Assembly: GCA_951406725.2 (NCBI GenBank)
Contig: OX597821.1
Span: 105,090,001-105,154,000 of the forward strand
Length of the DNA: 64,000 bases
Reading direction: 5' to 3'
Origin: Octopus vulgaris
Lineage: Eukaryota
The position numbers were made by a program, and so were the translations under genes. The number at the start of each line of letters is the position of its first letter. Position 1 is the first letter of the stretch. Of the stretch, positions 40,873-54,728 are shown piece after piece. The notes under the pieces were generated by a model. It worked only from the letters and a program-made list of their open reading frames with translations, had not been told where the DNA came from and did no database searches.

Positions 40873-41625
40873 TTGAACAGGTATACATGGAGACATAACC
40901 AGATACTTCAGGTTATCTTTAATGCTATAAAGAACCGAATTGATCTCAACCACAGTGATAAAAAAAAAACCTTGAAAATACCAACTACAGATTTCATTAC
41001 CTTCATGCGTTCAGGTCAGGAGATCCGTTTCAAAAACAAGAACAAGAAAGTACCTGTGAGAGATGAAAAGTGGAACGGCTATTGGGAGGTGACTGTAGAT
41101 TTGTCAGGGTTCCAGGAACTCTTTCCCATCACAGTTACGAAAGAACTGGACATTTTAATATGGATTGAAGGAAAGAAAGTTGTAAATTTAGTCTAGTTAA
41201 AGGTTCCTCATGAAGATAACATGGACGCCTCTCCAGCTCGAAAGATCGATCGTCATGTAAACCTCCGCGAAGAATGTGAGGAAGCAGGCTGGAAAGCAGA
41301 GCATTTTGCAATCAAAGTCGGATGTAGAGGGTTAGTTGGACCCAGTGTGAGACGAATGTTGTTATCCTTAGGCTTAACGCATCGTAAGGTAAATACCACC
41401 ATGGCTGATATCCAAACTACAGTGGAGAAGGCTAGCCACAGGAGTTAGTAAAAAGAAACGATGAGTGACGGATATAGAAATATTGAGCTATATTTAATTA
41501 CCAGTTTATCTAGTAAGCGGGGCCTCATATCAGTGAGTGGGGGGCTGGTACGCATCCATGCCGTCGGAAGATAGGCCACGATTCTCTCCTGATTCTCTCC
41601 ACGCATTCTCTCCTGATGACCCCCA
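40873..41625 (+). mobile_element. Second HERO-like RLE LINE 3' fragment
   Basis: NRYTWRHNQILQVI, DILIW...VNLV*LKVPHED, CEEAGWKAEHFAIKVGCRG, VEKASH, then a 3' UTR. Confidence 0.75.
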
Positions 41626-41699
41626 TACACTTGCTGGCTCCCGTTATGCGGAGTTCTTGACTGGTAACACTTGCATGTGCAAGTTGTTTGCTAGAATAC

Positions 41700-41800
41700 T
41701 TTTTACTCTTTTACTTGTTTTAGTCATATGACTGTGGCCATGCTGGAGCACTGCCTTTTTAGTCGACCAAATCGACCCCAGGACTTATTCTTTGTAAGCA
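41700..41800 (-). mobile_element. SINE family C 3' end
   Basis: TTTTACTTGTTTTAGTCATATGACTGTGGCCATGCTGGAGCACTGCC...ATCGACCCCAGGACTTA. Confidence 0.6.
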
Positions 41801-41810
41801 ATTCTCTGAC

Positions 41811-42013
<203 letters not shown>

Positions 42014-43042
42014 AAATAGCAAAATAATGATAAGGTAATAGTCATTATTAGAGAGTATGGCACTAAAAGGATGTACTTAGTTTATTGCATGGAAAAGGTT
42101 TCTTTGATTTGGCTTAATAGGGGATATCTGAGTAAATGGATTTTCCTCCCTACCAATATAAACATAGAAGAGATATTGTGGAACATTATTTGGCTTCATC
42201 TCGATTAACGATAAATAGCCCTGGTTACGCCTTATATCATAAAATGAGGCGAATAACTCTTTGAAGTAAACATTGTAAATGAAATGAATGATTTTTTTTT
42301 TTACTTTGCACGGAAAGCGACACACAGAAACAGATATGAATTCTAAAATTAAGAGAATTAATATGAGCGAACTTTTTCCAAATCTTCGCCGCTCGATCTT
42401 TAGAGAAACTAAGTTGAAGTTAGAATATAGCAGGGACTTGTTTGATTTAAGAAGTTAAACGTCCTTTCTGACATGCATATGTTTATTTGGAGTCAAAAAC
42501 GTATAACGTAAAAACGTATAAACGTATAACGTATATATTCAGCTCAATCACATCTAGCCTTCCATATGTATGTATCTGCACAGAGTCTCTAATTATTCCG
42601 GTATCAAAGATTCCGTGTTACGTATAAGACTACAATCGGAGTAACAGTGAATAGCCCCGGTTACGCCTTTTATCATAATACCCTATGTTATTATTTCGAA
42701 TCCTGTCCATCTTAAGCAGTGCCTTTGTTATCGAACGCCGATACCATCGAGTTCAGGACCTTACTGATGATGGCGCCTATAATAGTGACTATTTTTTTCT
42801 TCTCATAAATATTGGATTAGAAGCTAGTCGAACCGGTGGGGAGTGGGGAAATAATTCCATGTGATATATATTCCAGAGTTTTACATTCCCAGGTGAAAAC
42901 AAACCGATATAATGCTTGCTTTCCAACCATTATGTCTTAATGGAAAGATGTATGAGTGACGTGTCGAATTTTATCCAACAATCGCTTCTGCTCAACTCTG
43001 CTCACAATAGTAATAATTTCAGAATTATTAGTCGCAACTATT

Positions 43043-43061
43043 GTAGTAGTAGTAGTAGTAC

Positions 43062-43120
<59 letters not shown>

Positions 43121-43137
43121 ATAGTAGTAGTACTAGT
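43043..43137. repeat. (AGT)n microsatellite
   Basis: Direct reading. Confidence 0.95.
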
Positions 43138-43192
43138 TGCAGCGGCAGCAGGAGCAGCATGAAGACCACCATTAGCAGCAGCATCACCAGTG

Positions 43193-43370
43193 AGGCGCAA
43201 TGATCCAGTGGTTAGGGCAGCGGACTCGCGATCGTAAGAACGCGGTTTCGATTCCCAGACCGGGCATTGTGAGATTCTATTGGGCAAAACACCTAAGGTC
43301 CACGAAACTCCGGCATGGGGAGTGGTGAACACATTCTTTCACCACAACTTTTTGTCACTCTTCCTTCTTA
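43193..43370 (+). mobile_element. tRNA-derived SINE (family B), 5' part
   Basis: tRNA-like head GGCGCAATGATCCAGTGGTTAGGGCAGCGGACTCGCG...GGTTTCGATTCCC; the body matches 10209-10452. Confidence 0.75.
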
Positions 43371-43659
43371 CTTCTACCACAAAGCAGAGGAACCATGATG
43401 TAAATCACTATGGTGTGGTACACTTTCAAATCCTAGTCTAGATTGCGAATCCTCTGTACCCCAGAATGGTTCAGCTCTCCACCAGTTAAAAGCCGCCGTT
43501 TACGGAATGAGGATAACAACGTAGCGTTTGTGCCCGTGCAACCGCGAGTCAATCGCGTGTGGTGGGTGGATCTTCAAGTTGCCACACGCATTCTTAGTAG
43601 CTTAGAGTAGGATCGAATTAGAGATTATTCTTTGTGACTAATGGCGTGAGTCCTGATTG

Positions 43660-43696
43660 AAAGAAGAAGAAGAAGAAGAAGAAGAAGAAGAAGAAG

Positions 43697-43728
<32 letters not shown>

Positions 43729-44160
43729 GACGAAGAAGAACAAGAAGGGGGATGAGGAGGCGGAGGAAGAGGAGGAAGAGGAGGAGGAGAATAAGAATAA
43801 GAAGAAGAAGAAGGAGAAGAAGAAGAAGAAGAAGAAGAAGAAGGAGAAGAAGAAGGGGGAGAAGAAGAAGGGGGATGAGGAGGCGGAGGAAGAGGAGGAA
43901 GAGGAGGAAGAGAATAAGAATAAGAAGAAGAAGAAGGAGAAGAAGAAGAAGAAGAAGAAGGAGAAGAAGAAGAAGAAGGAGAAGAAGAAGGGGGAGAAGA
44001 AGAAGGGGGATGAGGAGGCGGAGGAAGAGGAGGAAGAGGAGGAAGAGAATAAGAATAAGAAGAAGAAGAAGGAGAAGAAGAAGAAGAAGAAGAAGGAGAA
44101 GAAGAAGAAGAAGAAGAAGAAGAAGAAGAAGAAGAAGATGATGAAGAAGAAGAAGAAGAT
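43660..44160. repeat. (GAA)n/(GGA)n polypurine tract with a three-copy higher-order repeat
   Basis: GAAGGGGGATGAGGAGGCGGAGGAAGAGG...GAATAAGAATAAG recurs at ~43744, ~43867 and ~44002. Confidence 0.95.
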
Positions 44161-44789
44161 GGCAGCACGACGACCACGATAGCAGTAGCAGTTACAACAG
44201 TAATGCTGGCATGAAAAACAATCATCTCAAAATATTTTGCAATGAAATTTAATTTCCAGCATGATGTGTTAAATAAAGTTGAACAGCTGCATTTGTGCGA
44301 ATATAAATATATTGATCTTTAGAAAAAGTAACCTACTTTTGCCGAGAAATAAATGTTTGTATTATATCTGTTTGTTTTTATTTTGACACTTATGATTGTT
44401 TTATGTCAGAAAATATTATTTCTGCTGTACGTAGGCATTGTGAATATAAAACTGAATTAAAGACGAAAAGAAGTTTTCTAAAAAATGATTGTTTACTTTG
44501 TCTTTGCAAATGAGAAAATACAAAACCTAGCGAAAGAAAAAAAAAAAAGAAAAAAAAGGTAAACAAAACAAATAAAAAACGAGATAATATATGATAATAT
44601 ATAAATTCGTATATGGATTGTGTATAGTAATTTTTAAATCTCGGATATGGTACAGAAAAATGTAATTTATTTTTTTTCTTTTTCGTTTCTTTTTTGTAAG
44701 TAAATGTTTACAGGTTAAAACTGATACACACCCTTTCAGTGCTCGGCTCGAAAACGTATGTCTCAGGGATCAAAATGATTTTAAATATA

Positions 44790-45337
44790 AAAGGGCTTTC
44801 AATAACTTCACCGATCATAAAAGACAATCACATAACGTCATAATTATGGTGAAAGCTAAACAGTCATCTTCTCTAACATTTTGTAGCAATTATCAAACAC
44901 CTTGTGATATATATATTGTAGGCAGGGTGTTCCAGCACCTCAAACGCAACTGGTTAATGGTTTCAACGATCTGGGCAGCCGTGTGTTGGCGTGCATTGCC
45001 ATACAGCAACAAAAACGTCTTCGACAATAGGCTTCGGCGTATGGTGCGAATTGCTTGCTTCAGTTTGTTGACGAGCAAAGTACTGTATATTGCAGTGTTG
45101 ATCATACACACTTTTCCCAGGAAATTCGGATCACTGCTGTTTTATTCGTCTTTGGTGCATATTGCTAGTGGAGCGACCATGCTTACACTGTAAAGAAAAA
45201 ATGTCACGATCAAGCTCAAACGTCGATCACGTGAACACAGAAGTACCAACATTAAGCTCGCATGCGCAGAATGCAGCCTGAAAATAATAAAGATATATTA
45301 TGGTGCAAGTGTGGATAATTTTAGACTTCCTCTCGTT
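44790..45337 (-). mobile_element. Internally deleted mariner remnant
   Basis: INTAIYSTLLVNKLKQAIRTIRRSLLSKTFLLLYGNARQHTAAQIVETINQL, a decayed HDNARPH motif, followed by EVLEHPAY in another frame. Confidence 0.75.
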
Positions 45338-46684
45338 TATATGTGTCTCATATATTTTTGTGTCAGTTTAATGTGTGCCTGTGTTTTGTGTATATGTGAG
45401 TCCAAACCATTTCTTATAGTATTAATATTGTAAACCAAACATTTATTACCATTGTTATTACCTCAGCATTTGCATGATTTTATATCATCAGAGTGCATTA
45501 TCTACTTATCTTCTGACTTCGATTATTCTTACCAGATTCTGTTTCAATTCATGAATATTTGATTTATGTTTTCAAACTACTAAAAATAACAACGAATTTT
45601 ATATTTGAGATTTTATTTGTGTGCAAATCCGCATAATCTGCACTGTCTTACACCATCATTGTCAACATATGAACGAAGTTGCTCTAAATTTGCAATGCCA
45701 CCAGTATTAAAGTTCACATCATGCGTGCAATGCGACTATGTTATACTACCAGTGTCTATTAATAACATTGCAAGTCATAAAATACTTTCAATTGTAGCTA
45801 GTTTGCTCATTCTAAAATTTGATGAAAATCGATAAAAGATTTTACACAGATAGATGTTTTTCATATTCTCAGGAGATATCATTTTGATAATAGTTAAAAT
45901 ATGTTATACAACACTACTTTCCTGCGTTGCTTATATGTCAAATTTCGTTTTAAAATACAAAAGATTAATTTCATTTTCCTTGTTATAATATCGCCAGTAA
46001 AAGTATTTAGCGTTTTAGTAGGCCTTCAAAAACACTTGAACAACAGGCTGCAACGTGTCACGTTAATAGGAAAAGCGACCATTAACATTTCAACATATGT
46101 CGCCGTCGTATATAGGTGACAATTAGTTTTGGTAACTATCAATTTTTGAATGGAACAGAAGTTTACAGATTTAAATTATCATTCTGCTAAAAAAAAAAGT
46201 CTATTTTTTCTTTCTTTTTTTTTTCGAATAAATATTTTTGCAAGTCAAATCAAGCATTTCTATCGGACATCCATTGGACTATTTGGGAATACTTGTTGGA
46301 ATTTTGAAGAATATTTCAGTTAATTCATAAACAGATGAACATCGGCAGCAATTAAGGATGAATTTTGAATTAATTACATTGCCCCAACATTTTTAATTAA
46401 TTCATGAATATTACCATGATCGTAAACAGTTTCTTGTAGTTGTGTGGAATATTTTGGCTATGGATCTCTCATCTAAATTTGTAATTACTATTAGCATCCA
46501 AGCAGTATAGTTTACATATCCTTTTCTCAATCAGACGAAAGTTCAGAAATGTTTTCGTTACAAACCTGTTCAAACATGCTTTCTATTTCTTGAGTTTTAC
46601 GTTCTTAATTTTATGAAAAGGAAATATAAAATCTATATCACACATCGTCTAGTACATGATTTTATAAAACACACAGACACACAC

Positions 46685-46763
<79 letters not shown>

Positions 46764-46834
46764 GGTCCGGGGTTAACCACAGTAAATAAGGTACTCAATA
46801 CATAGCAGAGTAAATTAATTTATTTTATAGAAGG

Positions 46835-46885
46835 AGCTTCTACAGGACTAGAACTGTTTCATTCAAAAGAAATCATCAGGAAGCT
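46835..46885 (-). ncRNA. Type I hammerhead ribozyme, intact core
   Basis: Stem I AGCUUC/GAAGCU, CUGAUGA, short stem II UUC-UUUU-GAA, GAAA, stem III ACAG/CUGU, GUA triplet. Confidence 0.8.
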
Positions 46886-46927
46886 AGGTGACAAGAATAG
46901 TTTACAAGAAAACTATTCTTGTCACCT

Positions 46928-46978
46928 AGCTTCCTGATGATTTCTTTTGAATAAAACAGTTCTAGCCCTGTAGAAGCT
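46928..46978 (+). ncRNA. Mirror hammerhead with G12A substitution (predicted inactive)
   Basis: Same fold as 46835-46885, but GAAA has become AAAA at 46953. Confidence 0.65.
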
Positions 46979-46993
46979 CCTTCTATAAAATAA

Positions 46994-47036
<43 letters not shown>

Positions 47037-47124
47037 TATATATATATGAACATATAATTGTGTTTGTGTATGGTTTTTGTTCCATTTTATAAATTCATGT
47101 GGCACTGTCTACACAAGACGACAT

Positions 47125-47182
<58 letters not shown>

Positions 47183-47344
47183 CATGGTGTGCTTATTTTA
47201 ATGACTGTACAATGTGTACGGTGAGATATTTTGCACTAGGAGTCGGGAGGACACGCTGCAAGAAATGGAAACAAAATCTAAAGAAAAAAATAATAATAAC
47301 AGCAATAATGATGATGATGATGATGATGATTAGAAGTACATAAA

Positions 47345-47450
47345 GAAGAAGGAGGAGAAAAAGAAGAAGAAGAAGAAGAAGAAGAAGAAGAAGAAGAAGA
47401 AGAAGAAGAAGAAGAAGAAGAAGAAGAAGAAGAAGAAGAAGAAGAAGAAG
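47345..47450. repeat. (GAA)n microsatellite
   Basis: Direct reading. Confidence 0.95.
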
Positions 47451-47965
47451 AGGCAGTCTTCTGGAAGTCAGTAATGTACAAAGATTTCATTACCAGTTCA
47501 CAATGCTATGTATTGTTCTCGTATAATTGTGTGTGTTTGTGTTTCAAATTTAGCGTTCCCGTTTATCAGATGCTGCATTTTACATTTTACATATATATAT
47601 ATATATCTGTGTGTGGAAGTATACATGTTCAGAATTTGGTTATGTACTCTGATATTTATTACTTATTACCTAATTTTACATCAGGTGTGATATTAGAAAT
47701 CTCCAAATATCTGTCACTAAGATAATTTCAGAAATGGCGCAGTTTTCATTGTGAGAGAGCAGAATATAAACTTAACATGGATTCAAACATAAGGGTTAGC
47801 ACAGTTATACTGTCGAGATTTCTAAACAGATGTTTTTATTGATCCAAATTTCTGATAATTAAAATCGAGCTTCTGATAATTAAAGTAGCTTCCTTCATAA
47901 AAACGCTTTCTTTCATCCAACATTCAAAGCACACTGTAATTTCGCTTTCTTCTCATTGCTTCAAG

Positions 47966-48276
<311 letters not shown>

Positions 48277-51069
48277 GGTAAATACTTATATCTATGCAAA
48301 CATAGATTATAATGAATACGGAACAATTTGTGTATGTGTGCACGTATTAAAGTTGCGCTATATGTGTTACCTAAACATTGCATTCGAACATAACACTAGT
48401 TTACAATTTTCAAACTATTTTAATTACTTATACCTAAGAAGATGAACTACTAAATTCTTTAGATGCTTATTACCATAGAGTAAATAGCTTGGTGATAAAG
48501 CTGAAGAATTTTTATATTACAAATCAGTTTCCTGTGTTTCAAATATTGAAAATTAAATTAAAATGTACGTCAGGTATTATTTACAGTTTTTTCTCTCTCT
48601 TTGAATATTAGAATTATTAAGCCAAAAATTACGTAAGCTTCGTTTGAAGTAAATTCTATTTCTTATATTTAGTTGCAGCTGGTTAATGTAATATGACAAG
48701 ATGTGATTTTGATTTAATTTAATACTTTATTTTTGACGTTTCGTTGTTCGCTAAGATAATATTATTTGCATAACGTTATTATACAAATACCACATTTGGT
48801 TACACAACACTTCTGTGGAGTAAGTTGAGATAAAATAAAATCGACGTTCACTTCCTGAAATATAAATATCAAATGTATTATTCAATTATTCATCTCTTGC
48901 CAGATCTAAAATACCTATTTCTTTTCTTCTCGTTTCGATAAATTTCAATTTCAGCTGTGTTTATCTAAGGATCTTGACCAAACAATCTTATACTAATTTT
49001 GGTGTATGATATGTAGATACACTAAAATCGTTATCGGTATTGATTTCCTAGTGGCAAAAAATATATACTTATATTGTTTGTGGATGGATCGCATAACTGG
49101 AGCTGCATAGATATCGAGTGTCTGTAATACGTAACTAAAGAAAATAACGCTGGTCAAAATAGTGTTTACATTATATGAAATGGATACAGTCTAACTGAAT
49201 TTGTTTGAATGGGATTCGTTGGTGACAAGATCAGTAAAGAATAACATTCACTTGTTTTAATCATTATTAAGTAATAACTAGACAGACATTGCATTTCATC
49301 CAAGGTACTTGAAAAACCCTTCTCTAATATACATATGTTCATACACTTCAATAGCATTTGGCAATTAATTATTCGCAATTGCAGAATTGGCGTTTGCTCG
49401 TAGCCACTCAACATGATAAGTAGAACAGCTAAATATCTTTAAAATCCACATTATTGGGTCTCATTAAACGAAGGAAATCATCGGCCGTGTAGTTCTGCAG
49501 TCCTTCCTCTAAAAGAGAAAGACAAACAGAGAGAGACAGAGAAAGAGGATGCTCATTCGCCCATATATCGTAGAGTTAATCCTGACCTCTAACTATTTAG
49601 CATCAACATCAATACTGCATATTTGTCTTTGACTCTGAAATGTTTAACTGATTAAAATACCTGAACCATACCTCGAGTGTATAAATATTCAATATCTCTC
49701 CCGGAATACATCTCATCAATTCCTCATTAAATTTCGTTTCTTCTGGTTTGTCGAAAAATATGAGATATCGCCATTGGAACACTCACACTCACAAACACAC
49801 TCACATTTACACGCAGGATATGACAATCGCATACTAATTCAAACGCATGCAAAGAGCAAGAGACATTCAGATAAAGCATCTCTCTGTTTCGCATTCTATT
49901 TCCATTGCTTTATTTTATGACGATTCGCCAGATATCTTCTTGATTTATCGGCAATCTATCATATTCCGGTATGATTGCCAATTTCACATGGTCACTTTTA
50001 ATGGATAAATTCTGTGACATTGGCTTTAACATACTTCTTCAGAGAAATCTGAATGAACCAGCTCTTAACATATTGCATAGAATCAAAATATACATTGATC
50101 GTCCATTCATAATTACATAATATTCGTAGGGTCATATGATGATTGGCAGGTTCTCAGAACAATACTGAGATCTATGGTCAATTAACGAGACGTATTGGTG
50201 ATATACCCAACGTAAATTATCCACTGGAAATCTATTTATGATTACTGAAATATGGCAACTCGAAATTAGCATTTGTTGAATTTACCTACGCACAATTGTC
50301 CGGTAATTCTTTCGTGTATAACGTAAAGGGAAGTGAATTAACAATGGTATGATTTACAGTATCTGCTGGACATCTGTTTGTGATGGTTTAATCGAATTGA
50401 CGTTGATATATGCATTGTTGTTTATCTAACAATTCGAGATATTGGACATCCATCCTGAGAATTGTTAATGAAAATATATTAGTTGTCATGCATTTACTAA
50501 AGTATACTCCCTTCGACATTACGGAAATAAAGTAAAGTTTAGGAAAGGCAGAATGGGACATGATGTAAATATTGGAGTGAAATACTACAATTTTGAATGT
50601 CTAAGCAATGAAGCCGCGATTTCCAGGCAAGCTCCGTATTTTAGTTCAACAGCCAATGCGATGAGTTATATATATATATATATATATATATTACGGAGAT
50701 GTACTTTCATCTGAGATCGTGTTTTGGAACTAGATGTAAGGGAGAAAAAAAAGATAAGTAATAGTTAAACAAAAGTTTTGTGATATACAGATAAATGCCT
50801 GATAATAGGTTTTAGAGTTCTGTCTTGCGGGTGAGGGTCGTAAATCACTTCCTAGTTTCGGCGGGGAAGGTTGAAATTTGATATTGTTGTGATGAGTGGT
50901 CAGTCTACATCTATCCATCACTACAGATTTATAGCTTTAAGTTTATAGTGTGTATGTGCGTGCATACACAGACATACATACACACAGGCGTATGTACGTA
51001 CATACATACATACATGCATGCATACATGCGTGTATACATACATACACACATACATACGTACATATATAT

Positions 51070-51240
51070 AACGAACTAACTGTTACTTTCTTAGATGCAG
51101 CACAGATTTTTGTCAGTGAACAGTTCGCGGTCTTATAGCGACGAAAATATTTTGACAAATTAAACTTAAATGTTGAAGTGAATCGAACGGTTTTTGTGTG
51201 TTTCTTAAATGGCTTACAAACACCTTCCACGCTGCAATTA
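51070..51240 (+). mobile_element. Penelope-like terminus, same family as 37936-38288
   Basis: Colinear with the right arm 38145-38288 and ends in (TA)n. Confidence 0.65.
51109..51159 (+). ncRNA. Hammerhead variant with G3:C8 core (GUGAACA)
   Basis: Stem I UUUGUCA/UGACAAA (7 bp), GUGAACA at 51116-51122, stem II GU(U)CGC/GCGAC, GAAA, palindromic AAUAUU stem III, UUU triplet. Confidence 0.6.
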
Positions 51241-53188
51241 TATATATATATATACATATAAATATATATATAACATACATTTCACATACATGTACAAGAA
51301 ATATAGCTCTATCGTAGCCCAATAAGGATACCTATCGCACAATAGCTACTGATGTCAGATTTAGACTAACTAAAATTTCACAAAGTAAGAAAACATCCGT
51401 ATACAGGACGGCAAAAAGGTTTTCCTAATTGATTCAGTGTAATTCAGTCCTATACAGGCGCAACAAATTTGGATGAGATGTAATTCCAGGCTTATCGTGA
51501 AATGAATCATTAGGTTAGGTGTTATATAATGTAGTAAAATATGTGCCATTCATACACTACATCTGCAGTTCTGACTTAAGTGAGAGTGAGTTATTCTTTG
51601 ATTATACAATTAGCCGCACAAAAAAAAAAAAAAACTATCGTTGTTATTTGACGCCCTATCTTATTATATCATGCTGAAATTCCTAGGTGTTTCGTGGCCA
51701 GTCTGACTTATCCATAGAATTTCATTTATGTATTATCTACAGCGGAAAACTCACATCACCATTTCTGCTTACCAAAGGTGGAACACTTGGCACGGTGCAT
51801 CCGTCGCGTTCGGAATGGCTGCGGTATATGGAGAAACGTGACGATTAATGGTTGGTCAATGCCAATAATTGAATTTGAAGGACCAATGTCAGTAGAACAT
51901 CAATTTTTCCGTTCGTATACGAAAACAGAAATATAAATAGTGATGTAAATCTCGAAACGGTTGTAGACAAAGTCTCGGAAAAACTAATGCTTTTCCATAG
52001 CGTCTTATGCCCAATTTCTCCGTGAACCTCATCTCTAAATAATCGCCAGTTGATATACATCGTGAAGCTAGCGACGAAGTTTACCTGCAAGACATGGAGA
52101 AACTGCAATAGTCGTTGCAAGTGGTAGGTGTTGGACTGCAACCACTTTCAGAAATGTTCTTGTGTGAAATATTTTTTTGTACGACCAATCACGAGTGACG
52201 GGTGCGTAGAAACTATCATTTTGAGTAATCTAAAATCACCATGACACTGTAGAAGATTCTCGGGCACATACGAAATATGCTTAATGGAAGACATTGTCAT
52301 CCAGCAATCCATGCATCAATCAATCCATCTTCTTCGTCCATATTTATAAGGCACGTCTTAGAATAGAGTCCTTAGAATAGAGCCCATGGCTCTTATCAGA
52401 AGCAATTCTGGTTACATTTTCCGGATGGCTCCCTTAGGCCTAATCAACTCAGACACAGCTCGTTCTCTGTGTAGCTCTACGCTTGGAACTCTGATTTGTG
52501 ATTGTGTACTGCGATATTCTAATCTCACTTTTGTAGTACTAAATCTATAAACTCTTAATGCAGAAAAGCAGCGGCTTGAGCTAGAGAGATTCCCTGATTT
52601 CCGAGCTACATACCCTGTCGAATAACGTTATTTCGGAGAGGATTAGAAAGAACCTCATTTCGGTCGTCTTGTATTCACTCTCGTAGTTATTCAATCAGCA
52701 CCTATCATTAATAACCATAGCAGAGAGTAGGCACGAGAAGCGAATTGAAGACTGTAAGTTTCGCACTATTTTTTTACCAACCTCTTTTCTGAAGATCAAA
52801 AACAGGGGCTGGCGCATTACAGTACTATCACCAGCAATTCACGCATTGAAATTCACACTTATTCTTTTCACCATTAGCGAATACGCCTTTAAGACGTCCC
52901 AATAAGTCTCTTGGTGCAAATTTATGTTTGTACTTTTAAAATTCAAGATTATTTATTACTAATACTTGAATTTACATCAGCGATATCAACTTGTTAAAAT
53001 AACAATTAAACTGGACATTTAATTGTGAAACATTTCAGTGTCAATATTATTCGTGAAAAAGATTAAACGTGAAGTTTAAGAGATGTCACTTGAATAATGT
53101 TACGTAGAATTCTGCAAAAATAGCACACATAAAATATAATAAAAATATACATCTAAAATATATATCTTTAATATTACGGCACCACGGA

Positions 53189-53400
53189 AGGCAGCGATCT
53201 GACAGAATCGTTAGCTCGCCGAGATAAATGCTTAGCAACATTTCGTCAGACTTTTAGTTCTGACCTCAGATTCCCCCGATGTAGTTTTCGCCGTTTAGAG
53301 TCGATAAAATAGGTACCAGTTGATCACTAGGGTCGATGAAATACATTTACAAACTTCTGCCACCTTGCTGGTCTTTTGCCAAATAATGGAATCCATATTA
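53189..53400 (+). mobile_element. Decayed SINE family A
   Basis: GGCAGCGATCTGACAGAATCGTTAGC...AAATGCTTAGC...GTCGATAAAATAGGTACCAG. Confidence 0.7.
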
Positions 53401-54330
53401 CGCCAGCGAGCTTCCGGAGATTTGGAATAGAATACAAAATGAGTATATACGTACAAATATAGATTTGTTTCATCCACATTACTACAGAGATAATTTGATA
53501 ACTGAGAAAGTAAAACATATGAGACGAGAGAAATTTTGTCAGATTTAAACAGTGTTATATATAATCATTTGCGTAATACATAGTACAAAATACAATTCCA
53601 GCAAAACAAAACCTAGAATAAATGAGAATATATACATATAAAACAGTTAACAATAGAATTACAAAGGAAGAGAAATATATAATTTGAAAGTTGATGTGCT
53701 TTATAGAAATGATGTTCTTTTAAGTAGTTATGTATACGTTTGCCAGAATTTTATATATGAACTCAGTTCTGTCTGACATCAAAGTAATCCAATATAATAA
53801 TACGTCAGTGTATGTGTGTATTAGTTTTTTTCCCGTAAATTTAGAGCTTAATAAAACGATAGAGAAAAGGGAGTTGAGAAGGATCGAATGCAAAGAGAGG
53901 AAGTGAGAGACAGGTTGTTGGATAGAGATAGACAGTGAGTATTAGATGCATGGTAAGAGAGTGAGTGAGACGGAAATAATGAGTCATAAACGAAGAATGT
54001 AGGAGAATATTAGAGAGATAGTGTGTTACGTTCGGAATGAGGTGTACGAATAAACTGACATACGTTGAATGTTTTATCTTATATTTCTTGGAAAATGAAA
54101 TAAAACAATATTTGAGATGCAGCGAGGGAATTTATGTGAGTGTGCGTGTGTGCATTTCTTTCAAATTTACACAGAGGTTTTGGGAAATAAAGAAAACGAA
54201 TGTAAAATGATATTTGAAGGGTAGAGAAAAATTTTGGAGTGACGGTTAGAATAACAAGTTATATAAGAATTATTTGAGGATGCGAGAAAAATAAAACTAA
54301 TATATGAATGACAGCTGCAATATTTTTTTT

Positions 54331-54331
<1 letters not shown>

Positions 54332-54394
<63 letters not shown>

Positions 54395-54535
54395 CCTATC
54401 TATCTATCTATCTATATATATATATATATATATCTATCTATCTATCTATCTACCTACCTACCTACCTATCTCTCTCTCTCTCTTTATATATATATACATG
54501 CATGTATATAGTTATGTATGTATGCATGTAAGTAT

Positions 54536-54575
<40 letters not shown>

Positions 54576-54580
54576 TATGC
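54332..54580. repeat. (TATC)n/(TA)n/(CA)n compound microsatellite
   Basis: Direct reading. Confidence 0.95.
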
Positions 54581-54728
54581 ACATACTTACATACATGCAT
54601 ACATTTAATAGTAAAGAGCAAACCTACAAAATCAGCATGTGATGTTCCACATCATTGACTGAGACGACTGAAGGACTAAAGTAATGATATTATATCACAA
54701 TGATAGAGAAAGGGGAAGAGAAATTCCA

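Larger units (their letters stand above)
46761..46995. mobile_element. Fold-back Penelope-like terminus between (TA)n tracts
   Basis: 86-bp arms at 46818-46903 and 46910-46995, 6-nt spacer, 2 mismatches, 57-bp one-sided extension. (TA)n on both sides. Confidence 0.75.

Noticed and set aside
42765-42790. Other CTGATGA/CTGAAGA hits (e.g. 13887, 41613, 42765, 48501, 52788)
   Set aside because: None is followed by stem II, GAAA and NUH in the right arrangement, so they are not hammerheads.
43193-43265. tRNA gene
   Set aside because: It has A/B boxes but no complete cloverleaf and continues into a SINE body; the same applies at 14971 and 60738.
43752-44141. Arg-rich protamine-like ORF, and a Ser/Pro-rich ORF on the other strand
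   Set aside because: These are translations of a (GAA/GGA)n tract with no gene context.
51700-52700. Possible Tc1/maT and RTE 5' fossils
   Set aside because: No unambiguous catalytic motifs are left.
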